From an uncultured Chromatiales bacterium (GTDB lineage Bacteria; Bacteroidota; Ignavibacteria; SZUA-365), in the NCBI GenBank assembly GCA_964371045.1, contig CAYJMN010000004.1, positions 59,794-123,793 on the forward strand: 64,000 nt of DNA, given 5' to 3'. The translations under genes and the position numbers were made by a program. Positions 7,471-17,132 of this stretch are shown here, piece after piece (within the stretch, counting starts at the first letter, position 1; the number at the start of each line of letters is the position of its first letter). Under the pieces are notes generated by a model. The model made no database searches. It was given only the letters and a program-made list of their open reading frames with translations, and had not been told where the DNA came from.

Positions 7471-9717
7471 GTGAATGCGCGAACTCGATTGCGTGCGATG
7501 TGCGCCGGTTGTTCACGGCGAGCTGTACGATGGCTGAGCATGCTCGTGCTTTCGATCGTCTGGCTGACGAATGCTTCCAACGCCCAGAGAATCGTCGTGT
7601 ACGATGTCGTTACTTCAGACTACCCGGAGATGAAGGCGAAGTTCTGGGTTATCGATCCGGCCGGGAGAATCGTCCGCGATATCACTCCGGAGGATGTCGT
7701 GGTCGAGGAATTCGATCGGGTGAAACAGGATGTTTCCGTGACTTGCCCGCCCCCGGCGCCGCCACAGTCGCTCTCCGTTGTGATCCTGCTGCAGCGTTTG
7801 GAAGAGAAAGAGATTCTTGTAGCAAAGCTGGCCCTCAATGCGTGGATAAGGGAAATCGCTGCCGATAGCATTGAATTCGCACTGATTTCATATTCCAATG
7901 CGACATTGGTGCATGACTTTACTACAAGCCGGGATTCGATCCGAACAGCGATCAACGCAGTACCTGCCGGAGGATGGAGTACCGGGGGACTGACGGATGC
8001 GCTCACGTCTAGCCCGAACGGCGCCTTCCAGGTTCTGAAACGGGCGAGATGGAAACGGGTCATTTTGCATTTATGCTGTTCGGGCGATGCGGAGCGCCAC
8101 CCGTGGGAGCTGCTCGCGGAGGCTGAGGAGCTGGAGATCATGATGTTCAGCTCATCATTTATTATGAGTGCAGGCAACGTTCTCCACGATCTCTGTGCGC
8201 GCTCAGGAGGATTCGTCGTCGAGAGGTTACAGGCCAATTATGGGGAGGTGCTGACTGCGCTGCGCCACGCGGGCGCCGCCGCACAAGCATCGCCCTGTGA
8301 ACTGCGCTGGCGAGCCACGGACTGCAAGTCGTACAAAGGGCTTCGTGTCAGCATCCCGCGACTCGGAGTGGCGAATGAAATAGAATTTGAAACCCCGCGG
8401 GAGGTATACACCCGACTGGAGTACCTGCCCTCGGCAGCCGTGCGCTTTGGCGAAACAATCCCGGGAACAAGGACGCGCAGATCGGTGACGATAACCGCGC
8501 GACGCGGGGCAGTTCATGTCCAGTCCATCTCTCCGGATAACCCGGCTGTGCGCATCGTCGATTATGGGGGAGTATCACCTCCGTTTACCGTCTATGAGAA
8601 TCAAAGGCGTACCTTGACTCTCGAGTTCTCGCCCGCGGATTCGTGTTACACGCTGTCCCGGATCGAGGTGGACGCGGACGTCTGCCTCGGCAATGTACTG
8701 CATGCCGACGGAGGATGGCTCAGCAAACCGCGACCGGAACGGGTGGTGCGGGTCATACGTCCCAACGGCGGTGAACGATTCGGTGCGGGCAGCGAGCAGC
8801 TGCTCACCTGGGATCCCCTCTCGGCGGAAGAGCGCGTGCGGCTGGAATATTCCATCGATGTGGGATTCACCTGGATGCTGATCGCGGATTCCGTGACAGG
8901 CACATCCTATCGATGGGATATCCCGAACACCCCTAGCGAGACGTGCCTCTTTCGCGTCCAGCCACTGCGATGGAGGCTGGGAGAGATGGTGCTCATTTCG
9001 GACGGCACGTTCCGGATGGGGGACATGACCGGTGTAGGTACTATAGATGAGGTGCCGGTGCGTCAAGTCACGATAACGCAACCGTTTCTTATGAGCCACA
9101 CCGAAGTGACGCATGGCGATTTCAATACCGTCCTTGGATACGGCCTTGCATCTGTGCCCGATCCCGATCTACCGGTTGGTCATGCGCTGTGGTACGACGC
9201 CGTTGCCTACTGCAACGCCAGATCGAAGCTCGAGGGGCTGGACACGTGCTACAGCGGGAGCGGCCGCGCGACGGATTGCGATTTCCTTGCAAACGGATAT
9301 CGCCTGCCTACGGAAGCCGAGTGGGAATACTCATGTCGCGCCGGAAGCGAGGCGGATTTCTCGACGGGAAACCTGACGCACAATTCATGTGCGGAACTTG
9401 ACTCTGCGCTGGACGCTGTGGGCTGGTACTGCGCGAATACGGACAGTATGATGAAGGTTGCGTTAAAAGCGTCGAATGCGTTTGGTCTGTTCGACATGCA
9501 TGGAAACGTCCACGAATGGTGTTGGGACAGTCTCGTCGGAGACTATTATTCATGGGGACCCTCGGCGGATCCTCGCGGGGGGATCTATTACGCCGGTGGC
9601 CGCGCCACCCGTGGTGGCAGGTTCAGTTGGACCGCTTATAGCTGTCGGTCAGCGGCTCGATCGGACTCGGTTCCGGAACAGAACCGCCTGGGTTTCCGTG
9701 TTGTGCGAAATTTCTAA
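7471..9717 (+). CDS. Secreted multidomain protein (748 aa) with an N-terminal vWA-like domain and a C-terminal FGE-sulfatase (SUMF1/formylglycine-generating-enzyme-like) fold. It has no T9SS CTD
   Basis: Hydrophobic signal-like segment MLVLSIVWLTNASNAQ. The N-terminal domain aligns in layout with the vWA of the downstream paralogue array (RIVVYDV...SLSVVILLQ...). The C-terminal 250 aa carry FGE-family hallmarks: ...FRMGDMTG...EVPVRQVTITQPFLMSHTEVTHGDF...YRLPTEAEWEYSCRAG...GLFDMHGNVHEWCWD...RGGRFSWTAYSCRSAARSD...RLGFRVVRNF. Confidence 0.8.
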   Translation: MNARTRLRAMCAGCSRRAVRWLSMLVLSIVWLTNASNAQRIVVYDVVTSDYPEMKAKFWVIDPAGRIVRDITPEDVVVEEFDRVKQDVSVTCPPPAPPQSLSVVILLQRLEEKEILVAKLALNAWIREIAADSIEFALISYSNATLVHDFTTSRDSIRTAINAVPAGGWSTGGLTDALTSSPNGAFQVLKRARWKRVILHLCCSGDAERHPWELLAEAEELEIMMFSSSFIMSAGNVLHDLCARSGGFVVERLQANYGEVLTALRHAGAAAQASPCELRWRATDCKSYKGLRVSIPRLGVANEIEFETPREVYTRLEYLPSAAVRFGETIPGTRTRRSVTITARRGAVHVQSISPDNPAVRIVDYGGVSPPFTVYENQRRTLTLEFSPADSCYTLSRIEVDADVCLGNVLHADGGWLSKPRPERVVRVIRPNGGERFGAGSEQLLTWDPLSAEERVRLEYSIDVGFTWMLIADSVTGTSYRWDIPNTPSETCLFRVQPLRWRLGEMVLISDGTFRMGDMTGVGTIDEVPVRQVTITQPFLMSHTEVTHGDFNTVLGYGLASVPDPDLPVGHALWYDAVAYCNARSKLEGLDTCYSGSGRATDCDFLANGYRLPTEAEWEYSCRAGSEADFSTGNLTHNSCAELDSALDAVGWYCANTDSMMKVALKASNAFGLFDMHGNVHEWCWDSLVGDYYSWGPSADPRGGIYYAGGRATRGGRFSWTAYSCRSAARSDSVPEQNRLGFRVVRNF

Positions 9718-9719
9718 CG

Positions 9720-10990
9720 AATCGTCAGGCAATCTCCGATTTTCACTGCATACCCGACACACCGGCGTAGCGGAAATCGCTGAGCGCCGTGCTCCCGCGC
9801 TCCGCATTTTATCATTGAGGAGATGTGAGTTACTTGCGCGGTAGCCAGACTCGTCATCCTGAGTGTGCCCACCAGCGCCGCGCACCGGTCCATTTCGTGG
9901 ATGACATCTGGGTTTGTATCGTAAACAAGTACCGTCACCCTGAGCGCAACGACCGCGGCACAACGTGAGCTCAAGGCACAGCCGTTCACGGTCGTGGAGT
10001 CGAAGGGCGGCGTTCGGACTTCTACAAGTTTAACCAGTACAGACTCCTCGATGTCATTAGCAGGAGCCACCGCGGCAAAATCTCTAGTAGATGCTCTGAC
10101 GTTGTTCGGTGGCGTCTTGAAGGATGATTCGTTCCGTGACACAAGAGGAGACTAGGTATGTCCATGATGTCGTAGGAAGCCGCAAAGATTAAGAGGGGAA
10201 TTTAACGCAGAGACGCTAAGGCGCAGAGGCGCAGGGGAGAGGCGCAGGAGATGAGGAAAAACGAGTTCCTCAGCCCGCAGGGCGACACTTCTGTCATCCC
10301 CTCACGTAAGTGTGGGGTTCACGCGACGAGCACCGCACCCTCTCTCAGTCCCGCAGGGACGGCACTTCCTTTTTCCTCGCCGCGGCGGGGTGAGTGCTTC
10401 CGTAACGCACTCGGATACTCGAGATCAATTGCTCACCAATCACTTCCGGAGGAATCTTTGACCTTCGAGACGTCACTCTGCAAAGTGCTGAGCTTCGATC
10501 ATAGATTATCTTGTCGTGACTCCTTCTTATGACATCGAGGAGGTATTTAGTCTCCACGTGCGTAACGGAACGAATCACTTCCGGAGGAATCTTCGACCTT
10601 CGAGACGCCGCTGACCCACGCTGTCGGAACAACGAACGCCTATACCGCAGCGGCCCACAGGGTGACGTGCTTGGCTATGCGCTAGGAAACTCTGATGTCA
10701 TCCAAGCAATGGACCCGTGCGCGGGGCTGGTAAACTCACTCAGGTCGAATTCAGCCGTGTTTTTGGACCCATCTCCAGAAATCGTTCACAGTCCAACCGA
10801 GCGTCGTACAATTAGTCTTGATATGCAGAAGGGGGATTTGTTTTTCTTTTGGCCGGATGATAATCGGTCGGTCAAAGGGATCGGCTACCCGGTTCCATGC
10901 CTCATGACTCGACACTTCGACGCATCGCGGTCAGGCCGAGGTGCTGGAGAAAGGCAATGAAGATTGAAGTGTCGGCTGGTTTGTCGGGCA
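9720..10990. repeat. Non-coding repeat desert (~1.3 kb) carrying the same repeat families as 5740-7440
   Basis: It contains a reverse-complement copy of the GTCATCC...GGCACACTCA element (9851-9905) plus a variant (9925-9990) and another copy (10693-10745). There are GTTACGGAACGAATCAC modules (10380-10470, 10555-10610), a TTATGACATC terminus (10525-10540) and the octamer tandem GCGCAGAGGCGCAGGGGAGAGGCGCAGG (10205-10250). All ORFs here are translations of repeats. Confidence 0.55.
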
Positions 10991-10997
10991 TGGAGAG

Positions 10998-11393
10998 TTA
11001 CACGGGAATGAATACATCCTGCCGTAGCGATTCAATCGCAGCAGGGAATGCAGGTGTCCTCGGAGGGGTGTATTTGGCTTCGGGAACCTTTCGCAGTGTC
11101 CAACCAAGTTGGAGGAGGATACGCTCAAGCGTCCCTCGCTCCGTGGTGTCTTCGAGAAACAGCTTCAGCGCTTCGTTGAAGGCCTGCCTCGCTTTTTCGG
11201 GAGTGCTGGTGTAGTTGCTCAACTCCAACGCGGGAGCGTATACTACGATGTAATCGCCGTCCCTAATGAGCTTAACCTGAAGGCTCACCTTCACTGTATG
11301 GCCTGTTTTTACTAACGTATCCTTACGGGACATAATCTGTACTTCCATTCGGGACGCTGTTGCTTGCTCGAAGAATCCCTGTGTGTGTGACAA
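10998..11393 (-). CDS. HicB-like (UPF0150 family) putative antitoxin, an orphan. The real start is probably internal (MEVQIM... or MSRKD...)
   Basis: ...VKLIRDGDYIVVYAPALELSNYTSTPEKARQAFNEALKLFLEDTTERGTLERIL... fits the HicB/UPF0150 pattern (xDGxYxaxxPxLPGcxxxGxTxEEAxxNxxEAIxLxLE). No HicA-like partner ORF is adjacent. Confidence 0.45.
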   Translation of the reverse strand: MSHTQGFFEQATASRMEVQIMSRKDTLVKTGHTVKVSLQVKLIRDGDYIVVYAPALELSNYTSTPEKARQAFNEALKLFLEDTTERGTLERILLQLGWTLRKVPEAKYTPPRTPAFPAAIESLRQDVFIPV

Positions 11394-11797
11394 GTGTCAA
11401 GAGGAGTTGTGTGGCTAAAATGCTCGTCAAAATAAGTTCCATCGCTCTCTCCCCCATGTATCAGAGGGAAGCAAACCTGATCCGTGGCAATATACGGAAC
11501 CGACATACGTCAAGCTGCCACTTATGATTATAGAAGCCGCTGCCCCGCAAGGATTTGCGCCGTCCTTATTGTCGTCGCTCTTTTGCCTTGCGTGACCCGA
11601 AGGAACTCGCTACTTTAATCAGAATGTACCCAGGAACCAGCAACAGCAATGAAAAGGATAGCCCGGTGTTCTCTCGGGTGCGCGTGTGCAAGCTGGAATG
11701 TATCGTTCATTCTGCGGCGGGAAGACTGGAGATGCGTGGTCCCGCGATCCGTTAATAAGTACCGGATTGTCTGAATCTGGTTTTAACTTTTGATTTT

Positions 11798-12886
11798 ATG
11801 AAATTTATGATACACCCCAGTCGAATCCATTGCGCGCACCACCCCGTCACAGGCATGCTCGCCGTGTTTGCACTCCTGCTCCTGTCGTCCTGCGGAGAAA
11901 GCAGCGGCAGGAAAAAGCCCGATGATTCCGCACCGGTGATGGCGGAAGGCTACGTGGTGCAGCCCGAATTCCACGCGGTCAGCATTCGCGCGACCGGTGA
12001 TCTGCTCGCCAATGAAGATGTGGAAATCAAGGCACCGGTTGCCGGAAATGTGCGGAAAATATACTTCCGTGAAGGTCAGCATGTGAGTAAGGGCGCTCTG
12101 CTTGTTGATATCGACAACCGCAGCTGGATCGCGCAGAAAAAAGGATTGGAAGCTCGTCTGATATCCGCGGAAGGCGAATTGCGCAGGAAACAGCAGCTGC
12201 TCGCCGTCCAGGGCGTAAGCGAGGAGGACGTAGAGCAGAACGTGGCGGAGGTCGCCAGCCTGAAAGCGCAGATGGAGGGACTCGACGTCATGATCGATCT
12301 TGCCGCGGTTCGCGCGCCGTTCGCGGGACGCCTCGGTATGCGGAACTTCAGCCCCGGCGCCTACCTCTCGCAGGGGAGCATCATTACGCGGCTGGTGCAA
12401 GCCGACAAGGTGAAAGTGAATTTCACCATCCCTGCGAAGTATGCCGCCCAGGCCAACAGCAAGCAGAACGTAAGAGTCATTTCCTCCGGCGCCGGTGATA
12501 CCGCATCGGCTGAAATCTATGCTATCGATCCCAAGATCAGCCAGTCGTCGAGAAGCCTGCAGATTCGCGCGATAATGAATACGCGGGATCAGTCGTTCAT
12601 CCCGGGTGATTTTGTGCAGGTGCTTCTCGAAGTCGAGAGAAAAACCGACGCACTGCTCATCCCTGCGGAGTGCATTATTCCGGAGCTGAACACGCAATCA
12701 GTTTTTATCGTCAGAGACGGCAAGGCGGTGCGGCAGGTGGTTGAAACGGGATCGCGCACTGCGGACAGGGTCGAGATCCTCAAGGGACTCTCACCTGGCG
12801 ATACGGTGCTCACGACGGGATTGATGGGAGTGCGAGAGGGAAGTACCATCGACCTGCAGAAACTGCACACCGCGGAGACCGAATGA
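11798..12886 (+). CDS. RND efflux periplasmic adaptor (membrane fusion protein, HlyD/AcrA family), 362 aa
   Basis: A lipoprotein-like N-terminus (LLLSSCGESS) and typical MFP beta-barrel/lipoyl motifs (...VEIKAPVAGNVRKIYFREGQHVSKGALLVDID...). Its stop overlaps the permease start (ATGA at 12883). Confidence 0.9.
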   Translation: MKFMIHPSRIHCAHHPVTGMLAVFALLLLSSCGESSGRKKPDDSAPVMAEGYVVQPEFHAVSIRATGDLLANEDVEIKAPVAGNVRKIYFREGQHVSKGALLVDIDNRSWIAQKKGLEARLISAEGELRRKQQLLAVQGVSEEDVEQNVAEVASLKAQMEGLDVMIDLAAVRAPFAGRLGMRNFSPGAYLSQGSIITRLVQADKVKVNFTIPAKYAAQANSKQNVRVISSGAGDTASAEIYAIDPKISQSSRSLQIRAIMNTRDQSFIPGDFVQVLLEVERKTDALLIPAECIIPELNTQSVFIVRDGKAVRQVVETGSRTADRVEILKGLSPGDTVLTTGLMGVREGSTIDLQKLHTAETE

Positions 12887-15800
12887 CCATCTCCGAGCTG
12901 AGCATCAAACGCCCGGTGCTAACGATGGTCTTCGCCATCGGCATTGTGATCTTCGGCATCTCGTCGTTCATCTCGCTCGGCGTGCGTGAGTATCCCAGCG
13001 TGGATCCCCCGATCATCACGGTCTCGACGACGTACACGGGAGCGAACGCGGAGATCATCGAGTCGCAGATTACCGAACCGCTCGAAATCCAGATCAACAG
13101 AATCGACGGCATCAAAACACTCACGTCGACAAGTTCCACCGGACGCAGCACGATTCGTGTGGAATTCGAACTCGGCATGGATCTGGACAATGCCGCGAAC
13201 GATGTGCGGGACCGCGTGTCCCAGGCCATCCGCACCCTCCCTCCGGATACCGATCCGCCGATTGTTTCGAAGGCCGATGCCGATGCCCAGACCATCGTGA
13301 CCATCACCATGCAGAGCAGAAAACGGAACCTGCTCGCATTGACCGATATAGCACTGAACGTTTTTGCCGAACGGCTTCAAACCATTCCGGGCGTAAGTCA
13401 GGTGAATGTGTGGGGCAGCAAGCAATATGCCATGCGTCTGAACCTCGATGTCGGACGCATGAACGCACTGCGTGTGAATCCCGTTGATGTGCGCAATGCA
13501 CTGTCCGCCCAGAATATCGAACTCCCCTCGGGACAGGTCGAAGGCGACAGCCGCTATCTCACAATTCAGACCGAGGGACGGCTGAATACCGAGGAAGACT
13601 TCAACAACCTCGTGGTCACTGACCGGAACGGGACAATTATCCGTCTGAAGGATATCGGCCGCGCGGAGCTGGGTGCGTTGAACGAGAAATCCATCATGCG
13701 TGGAAACAAGGGGATTCCCATGGTCGGCGTGGCTATACAACCGCAGCCGGGCTCGAATTATATAGATATCGTAGACGAAGTGTACCGTCGCGTGGAAATG
13801 TTGAAGAAGGAAATTCCGCAGGATATCATTATCGGTACCGGTCTCGATATCACCACCAGCATACGGCAGTCGATTAAAAATGTGCAGTCCACGATCATCG
13901 AGGCGTTCGTCCTGGTCGTCGCAATCATTTTCATCTTCCTGAGAAACATCCGGACGACGCTTATACCAATTATCGCAATTCCGATTTCGCTGATCGGCGG
14001 TTTTATTTTTCTGTGGGCAGCCGGATTCTCCATCAATGTGTTGACGCTTCTGGGCCTTCTCCTGGCTACCGGTATCGTGGTGGATGACGCAATCGTGATG
14101 ATGGAAAATATATATACAAAGATTGAAAAGGGGATGAATCCCATCCAGGCTGCGTTCAAGGGATCGCGGCAGGTATTCTTTGCTATTATTTCCACCACGA
14201 TTACACTTATTTGCGTCTTTCTCCCGATTTTCTTCATGCTCGGCCTCACCGGCAGGCTGTTCAGGGAATTCGCCATGGTCATGGCCGGTTCCATCATCAT
14301 TTCCATGTTCGTTTCGTTGACGCTCACGGTAACGATGTGCTCCCGCATGTTGAAGCAGGATGACAGGGAATACCGCTGGCTGCGTCAGGTGCACCGGCCC
14401 ATTGATTATATACTCGAACATTATCCTGCCTGGCTGGGCTGGTTCATGGTGCGGAGGCGTCTTGCCATCCCCATCGTGTTGGTCACCGCGGCCATTATCG
14501 GGGTCCTGCTGGTGACGCTCAAGACGGAGTTGGCTCCGCTCGACGACAAGAGTGCGCTGCGCCTGATGTCCACCGCGCCCGAAGGCACGTCCTTCAATAT
14601 GATGAGCGCCTATCATGAGAAACTTATACAACTCGTTGATTCGCTTCCCGAAAAGGAGAACCTGATCGCCGTCACCGCACCGGGCTTCGGCGGCAGCGGC
14701 GCGGTCAACTCGGCATTTACCCGTCTCATGCTGAAACCGCCCAATCAGAGGGACAAGACGCAGATGGAGCTCGTTGCCGAGTTGAACCGCAAGCTCAGCG
14801 TGTTCAGCATGGCGCAGACGTACGCCTTGCAGGATCCGACCATCTCCGGCGCCGGCGGAGGGCGGGCGGGATTGCCGGTGCAGTACGTTCTTCAGGCCGC
14901 CGATCTGAGCAAACTTGAACGTTATCTCCCTGCATTCCTTGAAGCCGCGCGCGAGCATCCCGCGTTCGAAGTCGTCGATATCGATCTGCGCTTCACCAGA
15001 CCCGAGCTGATCATCGACATCGATCGCGACAGGGCGTTCAATCTGGGAGTCAGCGTCAGGGACATCGCGCAGGTGATTCAGACCTACTTCAGCGAGCAGA
15101 GGATTGGCTATTTCATCAAGGACGGAAAGCAGTATTTCGTACTCGCGCATGCGGAAGCGGATCAGCGCCGGACGCCCGAAGACATCACCGACATACAGAT
15201 ACGGGCTTCATCCGGAGAGTTGATATCGCTGGGCAACGTCGTGAACCTCCGGCATGAAAGCCTTCCGCCGCAGCTGCTTCGCTACAACAGATATTCATCC
15301 GCCACCGTATCCGCTTCCCCTGCTCCCGGCTACACGCTCGGCGACGGCATCGCCGCGATGGATGAAATCGCGGCGAAGGTACTAGACGAGACCTTTCTCA
15401 CCTCTCTCGCGGGCACGTCCGCCGATTTCGCTGAAAGCTCATCCAATCTGCTGCTCGTCTTTCTCTTCGCCCTGCTGCTCGTGTATCTCACGCTGGCTGC
15501 GCAGTTCGAGAGTTTTCGCGATCCATTCACCGTCATGCTCACCGTGCCTCTCGCTCTCGCGGGCGCCCTGCTCTCGATGTGGATATTCGGCGAGACGCTC
15601 AACATTTTCAGCGAGATCGGCATCATCATGCTGGTGGGTATCGTCACAAAGAACGGCATTCTCATCGTGGAATTCGCCAATCAGAAAAGGGAGGAAGGGC
15701 GCGATATCATGTCGGCCGCCACCGAGGCCGCCATCGACCGTATTCGTCCCATTCTCATGACCACGCTGGCCACCGTCCTCGGCGCCGTGCCGCTCGCCAT

Positions 15801-15957
15801 TTCGCTCGACGGCACCGCCAACAGCCGCGTCTCCATGGGCATCGTCATCATCTCCGGACTGCTGTTCTCGCTCGTCCTCACCCTCTTCGTCATTCCCGCC
15901 TTGTACACCTACATCGCCCGCAAGAGTCCACCAGTGACTATCGAGGAAGACATGTGA
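12883..15957 (+). CDS. RND efflux permease (AcrB/MexB/HAE1 family), 1024 aa
   Basis: The N-terminus MTISELSIKRPVLTMVFAIGIVIFGISSFISLGVREYPSVDPPIITVSTTYTGANAEIIESQITEPLE is the canonical AcrB-family start, and the protein shows the 12-TM layout. No outer-membrane factor gene is adjacent. Confidence 0.95.
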   Translation: MTISELSIKRPVLTMVFAIGIVIFGISSFISLGVREYPSVDPPIITVSTTYTGANAEIIESQITEPLEIQINRIDGIKTLTSTSSTGRSTIRVEFELGMDLDNAANDVRDRVSQAIRTLPPDTDPPIVSKADADAQTIVTITMQSRKRNLLALTDIALNVFAERLQTIPGVSQVNVWGSKQYAMRLNLDVGRMNALRVNPVDVRNALSAQNIELPSGQVEGDSRYLTIQTEGRLNTEEDFNNLVVTDRNGTIIRLKDIGRAELGALNEKSIMRGNKGIPMVGVAIQPQPGSNYIDIVDEVYRRVEMLKKEIPQDIIIGTGLDITTSIRQSIKNVQSTIIEAFVLVVAIIFIFLRNIRTTLIPIIAIPISLIGGFIFLWAAGFSINVLTLLGLLLATGIVVDDAIVMMENIYTKIEKGMNPIQAAFKGSRQVFFAIISTTITLICVFLPIFFMLGLTGRLFREFAMVMAGSIIISMFVSLTLTVTMCSRMLKQDDREYRWLRQVHRPIDYILEHYPAWLGWFMVRRRLAIPIVLVTAAIIGVLLVTLKTELAPLDDKSALRLMSTAPEGTSFNMMSAYHEKLIQLVDSLPEKENLIAVTAPGFGGSGAVNSAFTRLMLKPPNQRDKTQMELVAELNRKLSVFSMAQTYALQDPTISGAGGGRAGLPVQYVLQAADLSKLERYLPAFLEAAREHPAFEVVDIDLRFTRPELIIDIDRDRAFNLGVSVRDIAQVIQTYFSEQRIGYFIKDGKQYFVLAHAEADQRRTPEDITDIQIRASSGELISLGNVVNLRHESLPPQLLRYNRYSSATVSASPAPGYTLGDGIAAMDEIAAKVLDETFLTSLAGTSADFAESSSNLLLVFLFALLLVYLTLAAQFESFRDPFTVMLTVPLALAGALLSMWIFGETLNIFSEIGIIMLVGIVTKNGILIVEFANQKREEGRDIMSAATEAAIDRIRPILMTTLATVLGAVPLAISLDGTANSRVSMGIVIISGLLFSLVLTLFVIPALYTYIARKSPPVTIEEDM

Positions 15958-15974
15958 GTTACTTATCCGCTATA

Positions 15975-16115
15975 GCCAAGCTCGTCACTCAGAGTCAGGT
16001 AACCTTCGCTGCGCTTCAGTTTATATCGAGTGTGACATTGCTGCACGGCGGGGGTTGTGAGATCGGAGCAGAATCCGTTAAAAGAGAGCGGAGAGAGCGA
16101 AGAGAGCGGAGAGAG
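15975..16115. repeat. Repeat block immediately downstream of the RND operon, with an inverted-repeat element plus a CTCTC(C/T)GC octamer tandem
   Basis: TCGTCACTCAGAGTCAGGTAACCTTCGCTGCGCTTCAGTTTATATCGAGTGTGACAT has a near-identical second copy at 18612-18675, downstream of vapC. It is followed by the octamer tandem AGAGAGCGGAGAGAGCGAAGAGAGCGGAGAGAG (16078-16112). Confidence 0.55.
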
Positions 16116-16508
16116 TTTTTGCCAAACGCTGCTCGAATGGTTGTGCGAGGCTTGTTACCCCATGGATTCGCTCCGTACGCGATTTTACACCATGCCTTCA
16201 ATGTATGAACCCTTATAAAAATCTCTTCGCTCTCTCTGCTCTCTTTACACATTGGCTACTACTCCATACGCCAATGTACCCGGGGGCTTCAGTGTATGTC
16301 ATGAGAAGCGCAGCACCCGCAGTAGAGTGTGGGGTGTTCGGTACGTACTTCCACGGGGGCGCAGTCGAAGGGCCGCGTTCGTCCATCTCGGTGTTTATAG
16401 GTCCGGAGCATCACATGTCATGAGCTGTGCATGCGGATTACCTGATTTCGAGAGAGCAGTTTCCGAGCGCCCATTGTCCCGACCGGATTGAGGGCTGCCG
16501 CTAAAAAG

Positions 16509-17132
16509 TCAGATCGATTTCGGCAGATCGTAGACCGTATCGAGGTGGTTGGACGCTCCGTGAAGTATCGTGAGATACTTGTTGATTGTGTCGACGAATT
16601 CCGACCGGTGGTCCTCATGAAGCTTGGTCGTCACAAGCGTGATGACACGCCGGAGAATTATCGCGACCTTCGTATCGTATTGCGAAAAGCAGGTCCCGAA
16701 CAGCTTCGTTGATTCAGCAAAAGGTACCTCCAGCAGACGCATCAGCAATCGCGCTTCAAGCAGCTTGTTTTTGCATACCTTTGTAAAATCGTTGATGTGC
16801 CGAACACAGGCACCCAGCGTGTTCGCGAGTTGAAGCTCCTTCGAGAATCCCTTGTGCCGCATGGTGAGTTCCATTTCAATATCGAACATCACGTCATCGA
16901 ACAGCACAAGCTCACCCTCCTCCTTATCGAGATAATTGACGAGAATGAAGTCATACACCATTTGCTCTTTCGCGGCAAGTTTGAGCACGATCTCGGTCAG
17001 TTGTTCCTGCGACAGATTGATGATACTCTCTTTCTCTTCCTTTGACAGACGTGGCATGTCGTATTCCGTATTGATGATGCGAAGGTATTCTGATTCAATG
17101 AGGAATGTGCAAACAAGATGGCCCGAAATCAA
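16509..17132 (-). CDS. Hypothetical protein (207 aa), AT-rich, bracketed on both sides by repeat blocks
   Basis: A long ORF with lower GC than its neighbours and no recognisable family. It is flanked by CTCT-octamer and hairpin repeat blocks on one side (15975-16250) and by the next repeat desert on the other (17130-17800). Confidence 0.55.
   Translation of the reverse strand: MISGHLVCTFLIESEYLRIINTEYDMPRLSKEEKESIINLSQEQLTEIVLKLAAKEQMVYDFILVNYLDKEEGELVLFDDVMFDIEMELTMRHKGFSKELQLANTLGACVRHINDFTKVCKNKLLEARLLMRLLEVPFAESTKLFGTCFSQYDTKVAIILRRVITLVTTKLHEDHRSEFVDTINKYLTILHGASNHLDTVYDLPKSI

Noticed and set aside
9400-10990. Possible diversity-generating retroelement targeting the FGE-fold C-terminus of the 7471-9717 protein
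   Set aside because: There is no reverse transcriptase ORF in the window, and no ~100-bp near-copy (a template repeat) of 9575-9700 in the downstream 1.3 kb or elsewhere here. The variable-region-like segment is not Asn/AAC-rich. I kept it only as a check to run genome-wide.
11394-11797. A HicA toxin partner for the HicB-like ORF
   Set aside because: Neither flanking region contains a ~60-80-aa ORF with the HicA GSHxxF / dsRBD-like signature. The small ORFs there (10931-11128, 11312-11506) are unrelated in sequence.
12919-15150. A 743-aa minus-strand ORF antisense to the RND permease. The same applies to 994-2082 versus the transposase, 4383-5384 versus the 3687 gene, 35923-36801 inside paralogue 5, 52813-54249 and 51091-51966 inside the metalloprotease gene, and 60272-60979 inside the TonB receptor
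   Set aside because: High GC suppresses stop codons on the antisense strand. The sense-strand genes have clear family identities and full domain architectures. The antisense translations are low-complexity, rich in R, G, A and H, with no motifs.
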